The position numbers were made by a program, and so were the translations under genes. From assembly GCA_051313645.2 (NCBI GenBank), contig JBNRSN020000089.1:1488001-1552000 (forward strand): 64,000 nucleotides of DNA, given 5' to 3'. The notes beneath the pieces are model-generated. The model was not told the origin of the DNA. It saw only the letters and a program-made list of their open reading frames with translations, and did no database searches. Origin of the DNA: Centroscyllium fabricii. Its lineage: Eukaryota. Shown piece after piece: positions 34,699 to 47,500 of the stretch. How positions within the stretch are numbered: position 1 is the first letter of the stretch; every line of letters starts with the position of its first letter.

Positions 34699-35281
34699 AA
34701 TAAAGACAAGTGCGTCTTTAGTACAAATCGGCTCGCCATCCTCGGATACGTAGTGGAAAACGGGGTCCTTGGCCCCGACCCACAGCGTATGCGACCCTTA
34801 CAGGAACTGCCCCTACCTCACAACCCCAAAGCCCTGAGGAGATGTCTGAGATTTTTCTCCTATTACGCGCAATGGGTTCCCCAGTTCGCGGATAAGGCCA
34901 GACCGCTCCTCAAGGCTGCCGTCTTTCCCCTCTTGGTAGTAGCCCAAACGGCGTTCACCCGGATCAGGGAAGATATTATCAAGGCGACCATGCACGCCGT
35001 TGATGAGTCCATCCCTTTCCAGGTGGAGAGTGACGCTTCGGACTTTGCCCTTGCCGCCACCCTGAATCAGGCAGGCCCGTAGCGTTTTTCTCCCGCACCC
35101 TACAGGGACCCGAAACTCGCCACTCTGCAGTGGAAAAGGAGGCCCAGGACATCGTGGAGGCCGTGCGCTACTGGCGTCATTACCTGGCCGGTAAGCGTTT
35201 TACCCTGCTCACCGACCAACGGTTGGTCGCGTTTATGTTTAACAATAAACAAAAGGGTAAAATCAAGAATGATAAGATCCT

Positions 35282-36833
35282 TATCATTCTTGGGCCGGAC
35301 GGGATATATCCAAGGATTCTCTGGGAAGCGAGGAACGAAATCGCAGAGCCACTGACCTCTATCTTTAGTTCCTCGCTATCCTCGGGGATAGTCCCTAAGG
35401 ACTGGAGAGAGGCGAATGTGGTTCCCATATTTAAAAAAAGGAGCAGGGACGTGCCAGGGAACTACAGACCAGTCAGCCTCACCTCGGTGGTCGGAAAGGT
35501 GATGGAAAGGGTCCTGAGGGACAGGATCTACGACCATCTAGAAAGGGGCAAATTAATCAGAAGCAGTCAGCACGGATTCGTCAAGGGCAAATCGTGCCTG
35601 ACCAACCTGATAGAATTCTTTGAAGAGGTGACCAAGTGTGTGGACGAGGGAAAGGCGGTTGATGTCATATATATGGACTTCAGCAAGGCGTTCGACAAGG
35701 TCCCGCACGGTCGACTCATGAAGAAAGTAAGGATTTGCGGGGTAAACAACGAAGTGGTGGGATGGATTGAGAACTGGCTGGCTCAGAGGAAGCAGAGGGT
35801 AGTGGTAGAGGGCCAATACTCGGGTTGGAGACCGGTCACCAGTGGGGTACCACAGGGGTCGGTGTTGGGGCCACTACTATTTGTAATTTTTATCAATGAC
35901 TTGGAGGAGGGGACTGAGGGGTGGGTCAGCAAATTTGCGGATGACACAAAGATTGGGGGAGTAGTGGATGAGGAGGAAGGAAGTAGAAAGATTCAGAGGG
36001 ATATAGATAGGATGCAGAGCTGTGCTGAAGAATGGCAAATGGAGTTCAACACGGGGAAATGCGAGGTGATGCACTTCGGTAGGGCAAATAGGAAGAGGGA
36101 ATATAGGGTCAACGGCAGGGTCCTGAGTGAAGCAGAGGAGCAAAGGGATCTGGGAGTATATGTACACAGATCATTGAAGGCTGCCACCCAGGTGGACAAG
36201 GCAGTAAAAAAGGCCTATGGTGTACTGGCCTTCATCAACAGGGGAATAGAGTTTAAGAACCGGGAGTTCATGCTGCAGCTGTACAGGTCACTGGTGAGAC
36301 CACACTTGGAGTACTGTGTGCAGTTCTGGGCACCGTACTACAGGAGAGATGTGGAGGCGCTGGAGAGGGTGCAGAGGAGATTCACCAGGATGCTGCCGGG
36401 AATGGGGGGAAAGTCGTACGAGGAGAGGTTGAGGGAGCTGGGACTCTTCTCCCTGGAACGGAGAAGGAAGAGGGGGGACTTAATAGAGATGTTTAAAATG
36501 ATGAAGGGGATCGATAGAGTAAACGTGCAGAGACTGTTTCCCCGGGTGGGAAGACGACAACAAGAGGGCACGAGCACAAGATTCAAGGCGGAAGATTCAG
36601 AAGGGATGGCAGGAGCAAGTTCTTTACGCAGAGAGTGGTCGGGGAATGGAATAGGCTACCATCTGAAATAGTGGATGTGGACAGTCTGGGTGCTTTTAAA
36701 AGGATGATAGATAGGTACATGGAGGGGAAGGAAGAGTAGGGGGGACAGGAAAAATCAGAGACGGACTAAGCGCGGCACTACATTGAGGGCCCAAGGGCCT
36801 GTACAGTGCTGTATGTTCTATGTTCTATGTTCT
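35282..36833 (+). mobile_element. 5'-truncated CR1 LINE nested in the Gypsy RNase H
   Basis: CR1 RT motifs and a (TATGTTC)n tail. 5-bp duplication ATCCT at 35277-35281 and 36834-36838. Removing it restores KIKNDKILRWRIELS. Confidence 0.94.
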
Positions 36834-38190
36834 ATCCTGCGGTGGCGGATCGAGCTCTCGACTTACGAGTACGACATTCTTTACCGACCAGGCAAACTCA
36901 ATGAACCCCCGGACGCACTGTCCAGGGGAACGTGCGCCAGTGCCCAGCTAGACCGGCTGAAGGAACTCCACGATCGACTCTGCCACCCGGGTAGTACCAG
37001 ACTTGCCCATTTCGTTAAATCTCGTAGCCTCCCCATCTCCATCACGGAGATCAAGGCTATGACCCGAGAGTGCCCTGTTTGCGCCGAGTGCAAACCCCAA
37101 TATTACAGGCCAGACACGGCACACCTCATTAAGGCCACCCGCCTCATTGAACGTCTAAGCGTGGACTTCAAAGGCCCCCTCCCCTCCACCGACTGCAACT
37201 CGTACTTCCTCACGGTCGTAGACGAGTTCTCCCGCTTCCCCTTCGCCTTCCCCTGCCCAAATATGACGAGCGCAACGGTGATCAAACACTTCACCACGCT
37301 GTTCGCCATTTTCGGTCTCCCCAGCTACATCCATAGCGACTGGGGGTCGTCGTTCATGAGCGCCGAACTGCGTCAGTTTCTGCTTCAGAAAGCGGTTGCC
37401 TCAAGCAGAACGACCAGTTACAAACCCCGGGGGAACGGCCAGGTAGAAAGGGAGAACGGGATCATCTGGAAAGCGGTCAGCCTGGCCCTGAAGTCCAGAG
37501 GCCTTCCAGTGTCCCGTTGGCAGGCAGTCCTCCCAGACGCACTCCACTCCATCTGCTCTCTGCTGTGTACGGCTACCAACGCCACACCTCACGAATTGCT
37601 GTTTTCATTCCCCAGGAAGTCGACTTCGGGGACAGCACTCCCAGCATGGCTCACGATGCCAGGGCCGGTCTTACTTAGAAAACATGTCCGCGGCCATAAG
37701 ACCGACCCCCTGGTGGAAAAGGTGCAGCTGCTGCACGCCAACCCGCAGTACGCATACGTGCAGTTCCCGGACGGGCGCCAGGACACAGTTTGCATCAGGG
37801 ACCTAGCGCCCGCCGGGAGCACCACAGCAGAGACCCTGGTCGAGCCTCAGCCCGACCAGCCACCGCCTACCGACCACTGGCCTACACACCAACCACAACC
37901 CACCGGATCCTGGCCTAGGCACACGCACACACCGGGGCCCCCGACACTACCAGCTGAGGACCGAGAACCAGATGCCACACCACAGACACAGCTGCCGGAG
38001 GACCCGGCCCCGCCGCCGCAACCGGCACCAGCGCCGCTGCCAGAACCCTGGCGGTCCTCAAGGCAGACACGACCGCTGGAGAGACTCATTGTGAACTGTT
38101 GAGCTGGACTCATATAACAATATACAACATTTTTTTTTCTTTCCTTGCATTAACAGGTTCTGTCCATTCACCCCGCCGGACTCAATTTTC

Positions 38191-38204
38191 AAAGAAGGGG
38201 TGAA
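38191..38204 (+). promoter_or_regulatory. Polypurine tract
   Basis: AAAGAAGGGGTGAA immediately precedes the 3' LTR. Confidence 0.85.
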
Positions 38205-38486
38205 TGTGGTAATCATGATTACCAGTGTGTATAGTTGAGCACACTACAGGCCAGCATGTATAGTGGCTGGGTGCATTGTATATAGGTTTGTATAACGACA
38301 CTGTCGCGAGGTCAGGTCAGCTACACCTCTAACTCCTCCCCTCAGGTGAGCGCCTTATAGGTGAGGTCTGACCTGCCCCCATTCATTCTGTACTCAATGT
38401 TCGACTGGAGAGTAGCTCCATTGTAAAGTGATTAAAAGCCTCTAGTTAAGGTAACTACTCGTCTTTGTCTTATTGACGATATGTCA
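38205..38486 (+). repeat. 3' LTR (282 bp)
   Basis: Direct repeat of 31896-32177, followed by the TSD AGGCC. Confidence 0.96.
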
Positions 38487-38569
38487 AGGCCTTTACTAGA
38501 ACATATCTGGAAAGTAGCCAAATAGTGCATTAGGCAAGGTAACAGTCAAAAGTGTTTTCTGTTTCACAT

Positions 38570-41500
38570 GGCTAATGATCAGAAACTGGCAGTGCCCAGG
38601 CTAATGATCAGAAACTGGCAGTGCCCAGGCTAATGATCAGAAACTGGCAGTGCCCAGGCTAATGATCAGAATCTTGCAGTGCCCAGGCTAATGATCAGAA
38701 ACTGGCAGTACCCAGGCTAATGAACAGAAACTGGCAGTACCCAGGCTAGTGATCAGAAACTGGCAGTAGCCAGGCTAATGAGCAGAAATGGGCAGTGCCC
38801 AGGCTAATGATCAGAAACTGGCAGTACCCAGGCTAATAATCAGACACTGGCAGTACTCAGGTTAATGAGCAGAAACAGACAGTACCCAGGCTAATGATCA
38901 GAAACTGGCAGTGCCCAGGCCAATGATCAGAAACTGGCAGTACCCAGGCTAATGAGCAGAAACGGGCAGTACCCAGGCTAATGATCAAAAACTGGCAGTG
39001 CCCAGGCTAATGATCAGAAACTGGCAGTGCCCAGGCTAATGATCAGAAACTGGCAGTACCCAGGCTAATGATCAGAAACAGGCAGTGTCCAGGCTAATGA
39101 TCAGAAACTGGCAGTGCCCAGGCTAATAATCAGAAACTGGCAGTACCCAGGCTAATGATCAGAAACTGGCAGTGCCCAGGCTAATAATCAGAAACTGGCA
39201 GTACCCAGGCTAATGATCAGAAACTGGCAGTACCCAGGCTATTGATCAGAAACTGGCAGTACCCAGGCTAATAATCAGAAACTGGCAGTGCCCAGGCTAA
39301 TGATCAGAAACTGGCAGTACCCAGGCTAATGATCAGAAAATGGCAGTACCCAGTCTAATGATCAGAAACTGGCAGTACCCAGGCTAATGATCAGAAACTG
39401 GCAGTACCCAGTCTAATGATCAGAAACTGGCAGTACCCAGTCTAATGATCAGAAACTGGCAGTACCCAGTCTAATGATCAGAAACTGGCAGTACCCAGTC
39501 TAATGATCAGAAACTGGCAGTACCCAGGCTAATGATCAGAAACTGGCAGTACCCAGTCTAATGATCAGAAACTGGCAGTACCCAGTCTAATGATCAGAAA
39601 CTGGCAGTACCCAGGCTAATGATCAGAAACTGGCAGTACCCAGTCTAATGATCAGAAACTGGCAGTACCCAGGCTAATGATCAGAAACTGGCAGTACCCA
39701 GTCTAATGATCAGAAACTGGCAGTACCCAGGCTAATGATCAGAAACTGGCAGTACCCAGGCTAATGATCAGAAACTGGCAGTACCCAGTCTAATGATCAG
39801 AAACTGGCAGTACCCAGGCTAATGATCAGAAACTGGCAGTACCCAGTCTAATGATCAGAAACTGGCAGTACCCAGGCTAATGATCAGAAACTGGCAGTAC
39901 CCAGTCTAATGAACAGAAACTGGCAGTACCCAGTCTAATGATCAGAAACTGGCAGTACCCAGGCTAATGATCAGAAACTGGCAGTACCCAGTCTAATGAT
40001 CAGAAACTGGCAGTACCCAGTCTAATGATCAGAAACTGGCAGTACCCAGTCTAATGATCAGAAACTGGCAGTGCCCAGGCTAATGATCAGAAACTGGCAG
40101 TGCCCAGGCTAATGATCAGAAACTGGCAGTACCCAGGCTAATGATCAGAAACTGGCAGTACCCAGTCTAATGTTCAGAAACTGGCAGTACCCAGTCTAAT
40201 GATCAGAAACTGGCAGTACCCAGTCTAATGTTCAGAAACTGGCAGTACCCAGTCTAATGATCAGAAACTGGCAGTACCCAGGCTAATGTTCTGAAACTGG
40301 CAGTACCCAGTCTAATGATCAGAAACTGGCAGTACCCAGGCTAATGATCAGAAACTGGCAGTACCCAGTCTAATGATCAGAAACTGGCAGTACCCAGGCT
40401 AATGATCAGAAACTGGCAGTACCCAGTCTAATGATCAGAAACTGGCAGTACCCAGTCTAATGATCAGAAACTGGCAGTACCCAGGCTAATGATCAGAAAC
40501 TGGCAGTACCCAGTCTAATGATCAGAAACTGGCAGTACCCAGGCTAATGATCAGAAACTGGCAGTACCCAGTCTAATGATCAGAAACTGGCAGTACCCAG
40601 GCTAATGATCAGAAACTGGCAGTACCCAGTCTAATGATCAGAAACTGGCAGTACCCAGTCTAATGATCAGAAACTGGCAGTACCCAGGCTAATGATCAGA
40701 AAATGGCAGTACCCAGTCTAATGATCAGAAACTGGCAGTGCCCAGGCTAATGATCAGAAACTGGCAGTGCCCAGGCTAATGATCAGAAACTGGCAGTACC
40801 CAGGCTAATGATCAGAAACTGGCAGTACCCAGGCTAATGTTCAGAAACTGGCAGTACCCAGTCTAATGATCAGAAACTGGCAGTACCCAGGCTAATGTTC
40901 AGAAACTGGCAGTACCCAGTCTAATGATCAGAAACTGGCAGTACCCAGTCTAATGATCAGAAACTGGCAGTACCCAGTCTAATGATCAGAAACTGGCAGT
41001 ACCCAGTCTAATGATCAGAAACTGGCAGTACCCAGGCTAATGATCAGAAACTGGCAGTACCCAGTCTAATGATCAGAAACTGGCAGTACCCAGGCTAATG
41101 ATCAGAAACTGGCAGTACCCAGGCTAATGATCAGAAACTGGCAGTACCCAGTCTAATGATCAGAAACTGGCAGTACCCAGGCTAATGATCAGAAACTGGC
41201 AGTACCCAGTCTAATGATCAGAAACTGGCAGTACCCAGGCTAATGATCAGAAACTGGCAGTACCCAGTCTAATGAACAGAAACTGGCAGTACCCAGTCTA
41301 ATGATCAGAAACTGGCAGTACCCAGGCTAATGATCAGAAACTGGCAGTACCCAGTCTAATGATCAGAAACTGGCAGTACCCAGTCTAATGATCAGAAACT
41401 GGCAGTACCCAGTCTAATGATCAGAAACTGGCAGTGCCCAGGCTAATGATCAGAAACTGGCAGTACCCAGGCTAATGATCAGAAACTGGCAGTACCCAGG

Positions 41501-44500
41501 CTAATGTTCAGAAACTGGCAGTACCCAGTCTAATGATCAGAAACTGGCAGTACCCAGGCTAATGTTCAGAAACTGGCAGTACCCAGTCTAATGATCAGAA
41601 ACTGGCAGTACCCAGTCTAATGATCAGAAACTGGCAGTACCCAGTCTAATGATCAGAAACTGGCAGTACCCAGTCTAATGATCAGAAACTGGCAGTACCC
41701 AGGCTAATGATCAGAAACTGGCAGTACCCAGTCTAATGATCAGAAACTGGCAGTACCCAGGCTAATGATCAGAAACTGGCAGTACCCAGGCTAATGATCA
41801 GAAACTGGCAGTACCCAGTCTAATGATCAGAAACTGGCAGTACCCAGGCTAATGATCAGAAACTGGCAGTACCCAGTCTAATGATCAGAAACTGGCAGTA
41901 CCCAGGCTAATGATCAGAAACTGGCAGTACCCAGTCTAATGAACAGAAACTGGCAGTACCCAGTCTAATGATCAGAAACTGGCAGTACCCAGGCTAATGA
42001 TCAGAAACTGGCAGTACCCAGTCTAATGATCAGAAACTGGCAGTACCCAGTCTAATGATCAGAAACTGGCAGTACCCAGTCTAATGATCAGAAACTGGCA
42101 GTGCCCAGGCTAATGATCAGAAACTGGCAGTGCCCAGGCTAATGATCAGAAACTGGCAGTACCCAGGCTAATGATCAGAAACTGGCAGTACCCAGTCTAA
42201 TGTTCAGAAACTGGCAGTACCCAGTCTAATGATCAGAAACTGGCAGTACCCAGGCTAATGTTCAGAAACTGGCAGTACCCAGTCTAATGATCAGAAACTG
42301 GCAGTACCCAGGCTAATGATCAGAAACTGGCAGTACCCAGTCTAATGATCAGAAACTGGCAGTACCCAGGCTAATGATCAGAAACTGGCAGTACCCAGTC
42401 TAATGATCAGAAACTGGCAGTACCCAGTCTAATGATCAGAAACTGGCAGTACCCAGGCTAATGATCAGAAACTGGCAGTACCCAGTCTAATGATCAGAAA
42501 CTGGCAGTACCCAGGCTAATGATCAGAAACTGGCAGTACCCAGTCTAATGATCAGAAACTGGCAGTACCCAGGCTAATGATCAGAAACTGGCAGTACCCA
42601 GTCTAATGATCAGAAACTGGCAGTACCCAGTCTAATGATCAGAAACTGGCAGTACCCAGTCTAATGATCAGAAACTGGCAGTACCCAGGCTAATGATCAG
42701 AAACTGGCAGTACCCAGTCTAATGATCAGAAACTGGCAGTGCCCAGGCTAATGATCAGAAACTGGCAGTGCCCAGGCTAATGATCAGAAACTGGCAGTAC
42801 TCAGGCTAATGATCAGAAACTGGCAGTACCCAGGCTAATGTTCAGAAACTGGCAGTACCCAGTCTAATGATCAGAAACTGGCAGTACCCAGGCTAATGTT
42901 CAGAAACTGGCAGTACCCAGTCTAATGATCAGAAACTGGCAGTACCCAGTCTAATGATCAGAAACTGGCAGTACCCAGTCTAATGATCAGAAACTGGCAG
43001 TACCCAGTCTAATGATCAGAAACTGGCAGTACCCAGGCTAATGATCAGAAACTGGCAGTACCCAGTCTAATGATCAGAAACTGGCAGTACCCAGTCTAAT
43101 GATCAGAAACTGGCAGTACCCAGGCTAATGATCAGAAACTGGCAGTACCCAGTCTAATGATCAGAAACTGGCAGTACCCAGGCTAATGATCAGAAACTGG
43201 CAGTACCCAGTCTAATGATCAGAAACTGGCAGTACCCAGGCTAATGATCAGAAACTGGCAGTACCCAGGCTAATGATCAGAAACTGGCAGTACCCAGTCT
43301 AATGATCAGAAACTGGCAGTACCCAGGCTAATGATCAGAAACTGGCAGTACCCAGTCTAATGATCAGAAACTGGCAGTACCCAGGCTAATGATCAGAAAC
43401 TGGCAGTACCCAGTCTAATGATCAGAAACTGGCAGTACCCAGTCTAATGATCAGAAACTGGCAGTACCCAGGCTAATGATCAGAAACTGGCAGTACCCAG
43501 TCTAATGATCAGAAACTGGCAGTACCCAGGCTAATGATCGGAAACTGACAGTACCCAGTCTAATGATCAGAAACTGGCAGTACCCAGGCTAATGATCAGA
43601 AACTGGCAGTACCCAGCCTAATGATCAGAAACTGGCAGTACCCAGTCTAATGATCAGAAACTGGCAGTACCCAGTCTAATGATCAGAAACTGGCGGTACC
43701 CAGGCTAATGATCAGAAACTGGCAGTACCCAGGCTAATTATCAGAAACTGGCAGTACCCAGTCTAATGATCAGAAACTGGCAGTACCCAGGCTAATGATC
43801 AGAAACTGGCAGTACCCAGGCTAATGATCAGAAACTGGCAGTACCCAGTCTAATGATCAGAAACTGGCAGTACCCAGGCTAATGATCAGAAACTGGCAGT
43901 ACCCAGTCTAATGATCAGAAACTGGCAGTACCCAGGCTAATGATCAGAAACTGGCAGTACCCAGTCTAATGATCAGAAACTGGCAGTACCCAGTCTAATG
44001 ATCAGAAACTGGCAGTACCCAGGCTAATGATCAGAAACTGGCAGTACCCAGTCTAATGATCAGAAACTGGCAGTACCCAGTCTAATGATCAGAAACTGGC
44101 AGTGCCCAGGCTAATGATCAGAAACTGGCAGTGCCCAGGCTAATGATCAGAAACTGGCAGTGCCCAGGCTAATGATCAGAAACTGGCAGTACCCAGGCTA
44201 ATGATCAGAAACTGGCAGTACCCAGGCTAATGTTCAGAAACTGGCAGTACCCAGTCTAATGATCAGAAACTGGCAGTACCCAGGCTAATGTTCAGAAACT
44301 GGCAGTACCCAGTCTAATGATCAGAAACTGGCAGTACCCAGGCTAATGATCAGAAACTGGCAGTACCCAGTATAATGATCAGAAACTGGCAGTGCCCAGG
44401 CTAATCAGAAACTGGCAGTACCCAGGCTAATGATCAGAAACTGGCAGTACCCAGGCTAATGATCAGAAACTGGCAGTACCCAGTCTAATGATCGGAAACT

Positions 44501-47500
44501 GGCAGTACCCAGGCTAATGATCAGAAACTGGCAGTACCCAGTCTAATGATCAGAAACTGGCAGTACCCAGGCTAATGATCAGAAACTGGCAGTACCCAGT
44601 CTAATGATCAGAAACTGGCAGTACCCAGTCTAATGATCAGAAACTGGCAGTACCCAGGCTAATGATCAGAAACTGGCAGTACCCAGTCTAATGATCAGAA
44701 ACTGGCAGTACCCAGGCTAATGATCGGAAACTGGCAGTACCCAGTCTAATGATCAGAAACTGGCAGTACCCAGGCTAATGATCAGAAACTGGCAGTACCC
44801 AGTCTAATGATCAGAAACTGGCAGTACCCAGTCTAATGATCAGAAACTGGCAGTACCCAGTCTAATGATCAGAAACTGGCAGTACCCAGGCTAATGATCA
44901 GAAACTGGCAGTACCCAGTCTAATGATCAGAAACTGGCAGTACCCAGGCTAATGATCAGAAACTGGCAGTACCCAGTCTAATGATCAGAAACTGGCAGTA
45001 CCCAGTCTAATGATCAGAAACTGGCAGTACCCAGGCTAATGATCAGAAACTGGCAGTACCCAGTCTAATGATCAGAAACTGGCAGTACCCAGGCTAATGA
45101 TCAGAAACTGGCAGTACCCAGTCTAATGATCAGAAACTGGCAGTACCCAGGCTAATGATCAGAAACTGGCAGTACCCAGGCTAATGATCAGAAACTGGCA
45201 GTACCCAGTCTAATGATCAGAAACTGGCAGTACCCAGGCTAATGATCAGAAACTGGCAGTACCCAGTCTAATGATCAGAAACTGGCAGTACCCAGGCTAA
45301 TGATCAGAAACTGGCAGTACCCAGTCTAATGATCAGAAACTGGCAGTACCCAGTCTAATGATCAGAAACTGGCAGTACCCAGGCTAATGATCAGAAACTG
45401 GCAGTACCCAGTCTAATGATCAGAAACTGGCAGTACCCAGTCTAATGATCAGAAACTGGCAGTACCCAGTCTAATGATCAGAAACTGGCAGTGCCCAGGC
45501 TAATGATCAGAAACTGGCAGTGCCCCAGCTAATGATCAGAAACTGGCAGTACCCAGGCTAATGATCAGAAACTGGCAGTACCCAGGCTAATGTTCAGAAA
45601 CTGGCAGTACCCAGTCTAATGATCAGAAACTGGCAGTACCCAGTCTAATGATCAGAAACTGGCAGTACCCAGTCTAATGATCAGAAACTGGCAGTACCCA
45701 GGCTAATGATCAGAAACTGGCAGTACCCAGTCTAATGATCAGAAACTGGCAGTACCCAGGCTAATGATCAGAAACTGGCAGTACCCAGTCTAATGATCAG
45801 AAACTGGCAGTACCCAGGCTAATGATCAGAAACTGGCAGTACCCAGGCTAATGATCAGAAACTGGCAGTACCCAGTCTAATGATCAGAAACTGGCAGTAC
45901 CCAGGCTAATGATCAGAAACTGGCAGTACCCAGTCTAATGATCAGAAACTGGCAGTACCCAGGCTAATGATCAGAAACTGGCAGTACCCAGTCTAATGAT
46001 CAGAAACTGGCAGTACCCAGTCTAATGATCAGAAACTGGCAGTACCCAGGCTAATGATCAGAAACTGGCAGTACCCAGTCTAATGATCAGAAACTGGCAG
46101 TACCCAGGCTAATGATCGGAAACTGACAGTACCCAGTCTAATGATCAGAAACTGGCAGTACCCAGGCTAATGATCAGAAACTGGCAGTACCCAGCCTAAT
46201 GATCAGAAACTGGCAGTACCCAGTCTAATGATCAGAAACTGGCAGTACCCAGTCTAATGATCAGAAACTGGCAGTACCCAGGCTAATGATCAGAAACTGG
46301 CAGTACCCAGTCTAATGATCAGAAACTGGCGGTACCCAGGCTAATGATCAGAAACTGGCAGTACCCAGGCTAATGATCAGAAACTGGCAGTACCCAGTCT
46401 AATGATCAGAAACTGGCAGTACCCAGGCTAATGATCAGAAACTGGCAGTACCCAGGCTAATGATCAGAAACTGGCAGTACCCAGTCTAATGATCAGAAAC
46501 TGGCAGTACCCAGGCTAATGATCAGAAACTGGCAGTACCCAGTCTAATGATCAGAAACTGGCAGTACCCAGGCTAATGATCAGAAACTGGCAGTACCCAG
46601 GCTAATGATCAGAAACTGGCAGTACCCAGTCTAATGATCAGAAACTGGCAGTACCCAGGCTAATGATCAGAAACTGGCAGTACCCAGGCTAATGTTCAGA
46701 AACTGGCAGTACCCAGTCTAATGATCAGAAACTGGCAGTACCCAGGCTAATGTTCAGAAACTGGCAGTACCCAGTCTAATGATCAGAAACTGGCAGTACC
46801 CAGTCTAATGATCAGAAACTGGCAGTACCCAGGCTAATGATCAGAAACTGGCAGTACCCAGTCTAATGATCAGAAACTGGCAGTACCCAGGCTAATGATC
46901 AGAAACTGGCAGTACCCAGTCTAATGATCAGAAACTGGCAGTACCCAGTCTAATGATCAGAAACTGGCAGTACCCAGGCTAATGATCAGAAACTGGCAGT
47001 ACCCAGTCTAATGATCAGAAACTGGCAGTACCCAGGCTAATGATCAGAAACTGGCAGTACCCAGTCTAATGATCAGAAACTGGCAGTACCCAGGCTAATG
47101 ATCAGAAACTGGCAGTACCCAGGCTAATGATCAGAAACTGGCAGTACCCAGTCTAATGATCAGAAACTGGCAGTACCCAGGCTAATGATCAGAAACTGGC
47201 AGTACCCAGTCTAATGATCAGAAACTGGCAGTACCCAGGCTAATGATCAGAAACTGGCAGTACCCAGTCTAATGATCAGAAACTGGCAGTACCCAGTCTA
47301 ATGATCAGAAACTGGCAGTACCCAGGCTAATGATCAGAAACTGGCAGTACCCAGTCTAATGATCAGAAACTGGCAGTACCCAGGCTAATGATCGGAAACT
47401 GACAGTACCCAGTCTAATGATCAGAAACTGGCAGTACCCAGGCTAATGATCAGAAACTGGCAGTACCCAGCCTAATGATCAGAAACTGGCAGTACCCAGT

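Larger units (their letters stand above)
32203..38102 (+). pseudogene. gag-pol of the Mag-like element, disrupted
   Basis: ORFs 32203..34356 (Gag-PR-start of RT), 34203.. (RT), 34453..35082, 35130.. (RNase H) and 36783..38102 (integrase). Frameshifts near 34185 and 35079, plus MITE and CR1 insertions. Confidence 0.92.
31896..38486 (+). mobile_element. Full-length Ty3/Gypsy LTR retrotransposon (Mag-like) with two nested insertions
   Basis: Two 282-bp LTRs (TGT..TCA) and a 5-bp TSD AGGCC at 31891-31895 and 38487-38491. Gag has two CCHC-type knuckles; protease LFDTGS, RT, RNase H SDAS, integrase HHCC and DDE, and a PPT follow. Confidence 0.96.
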
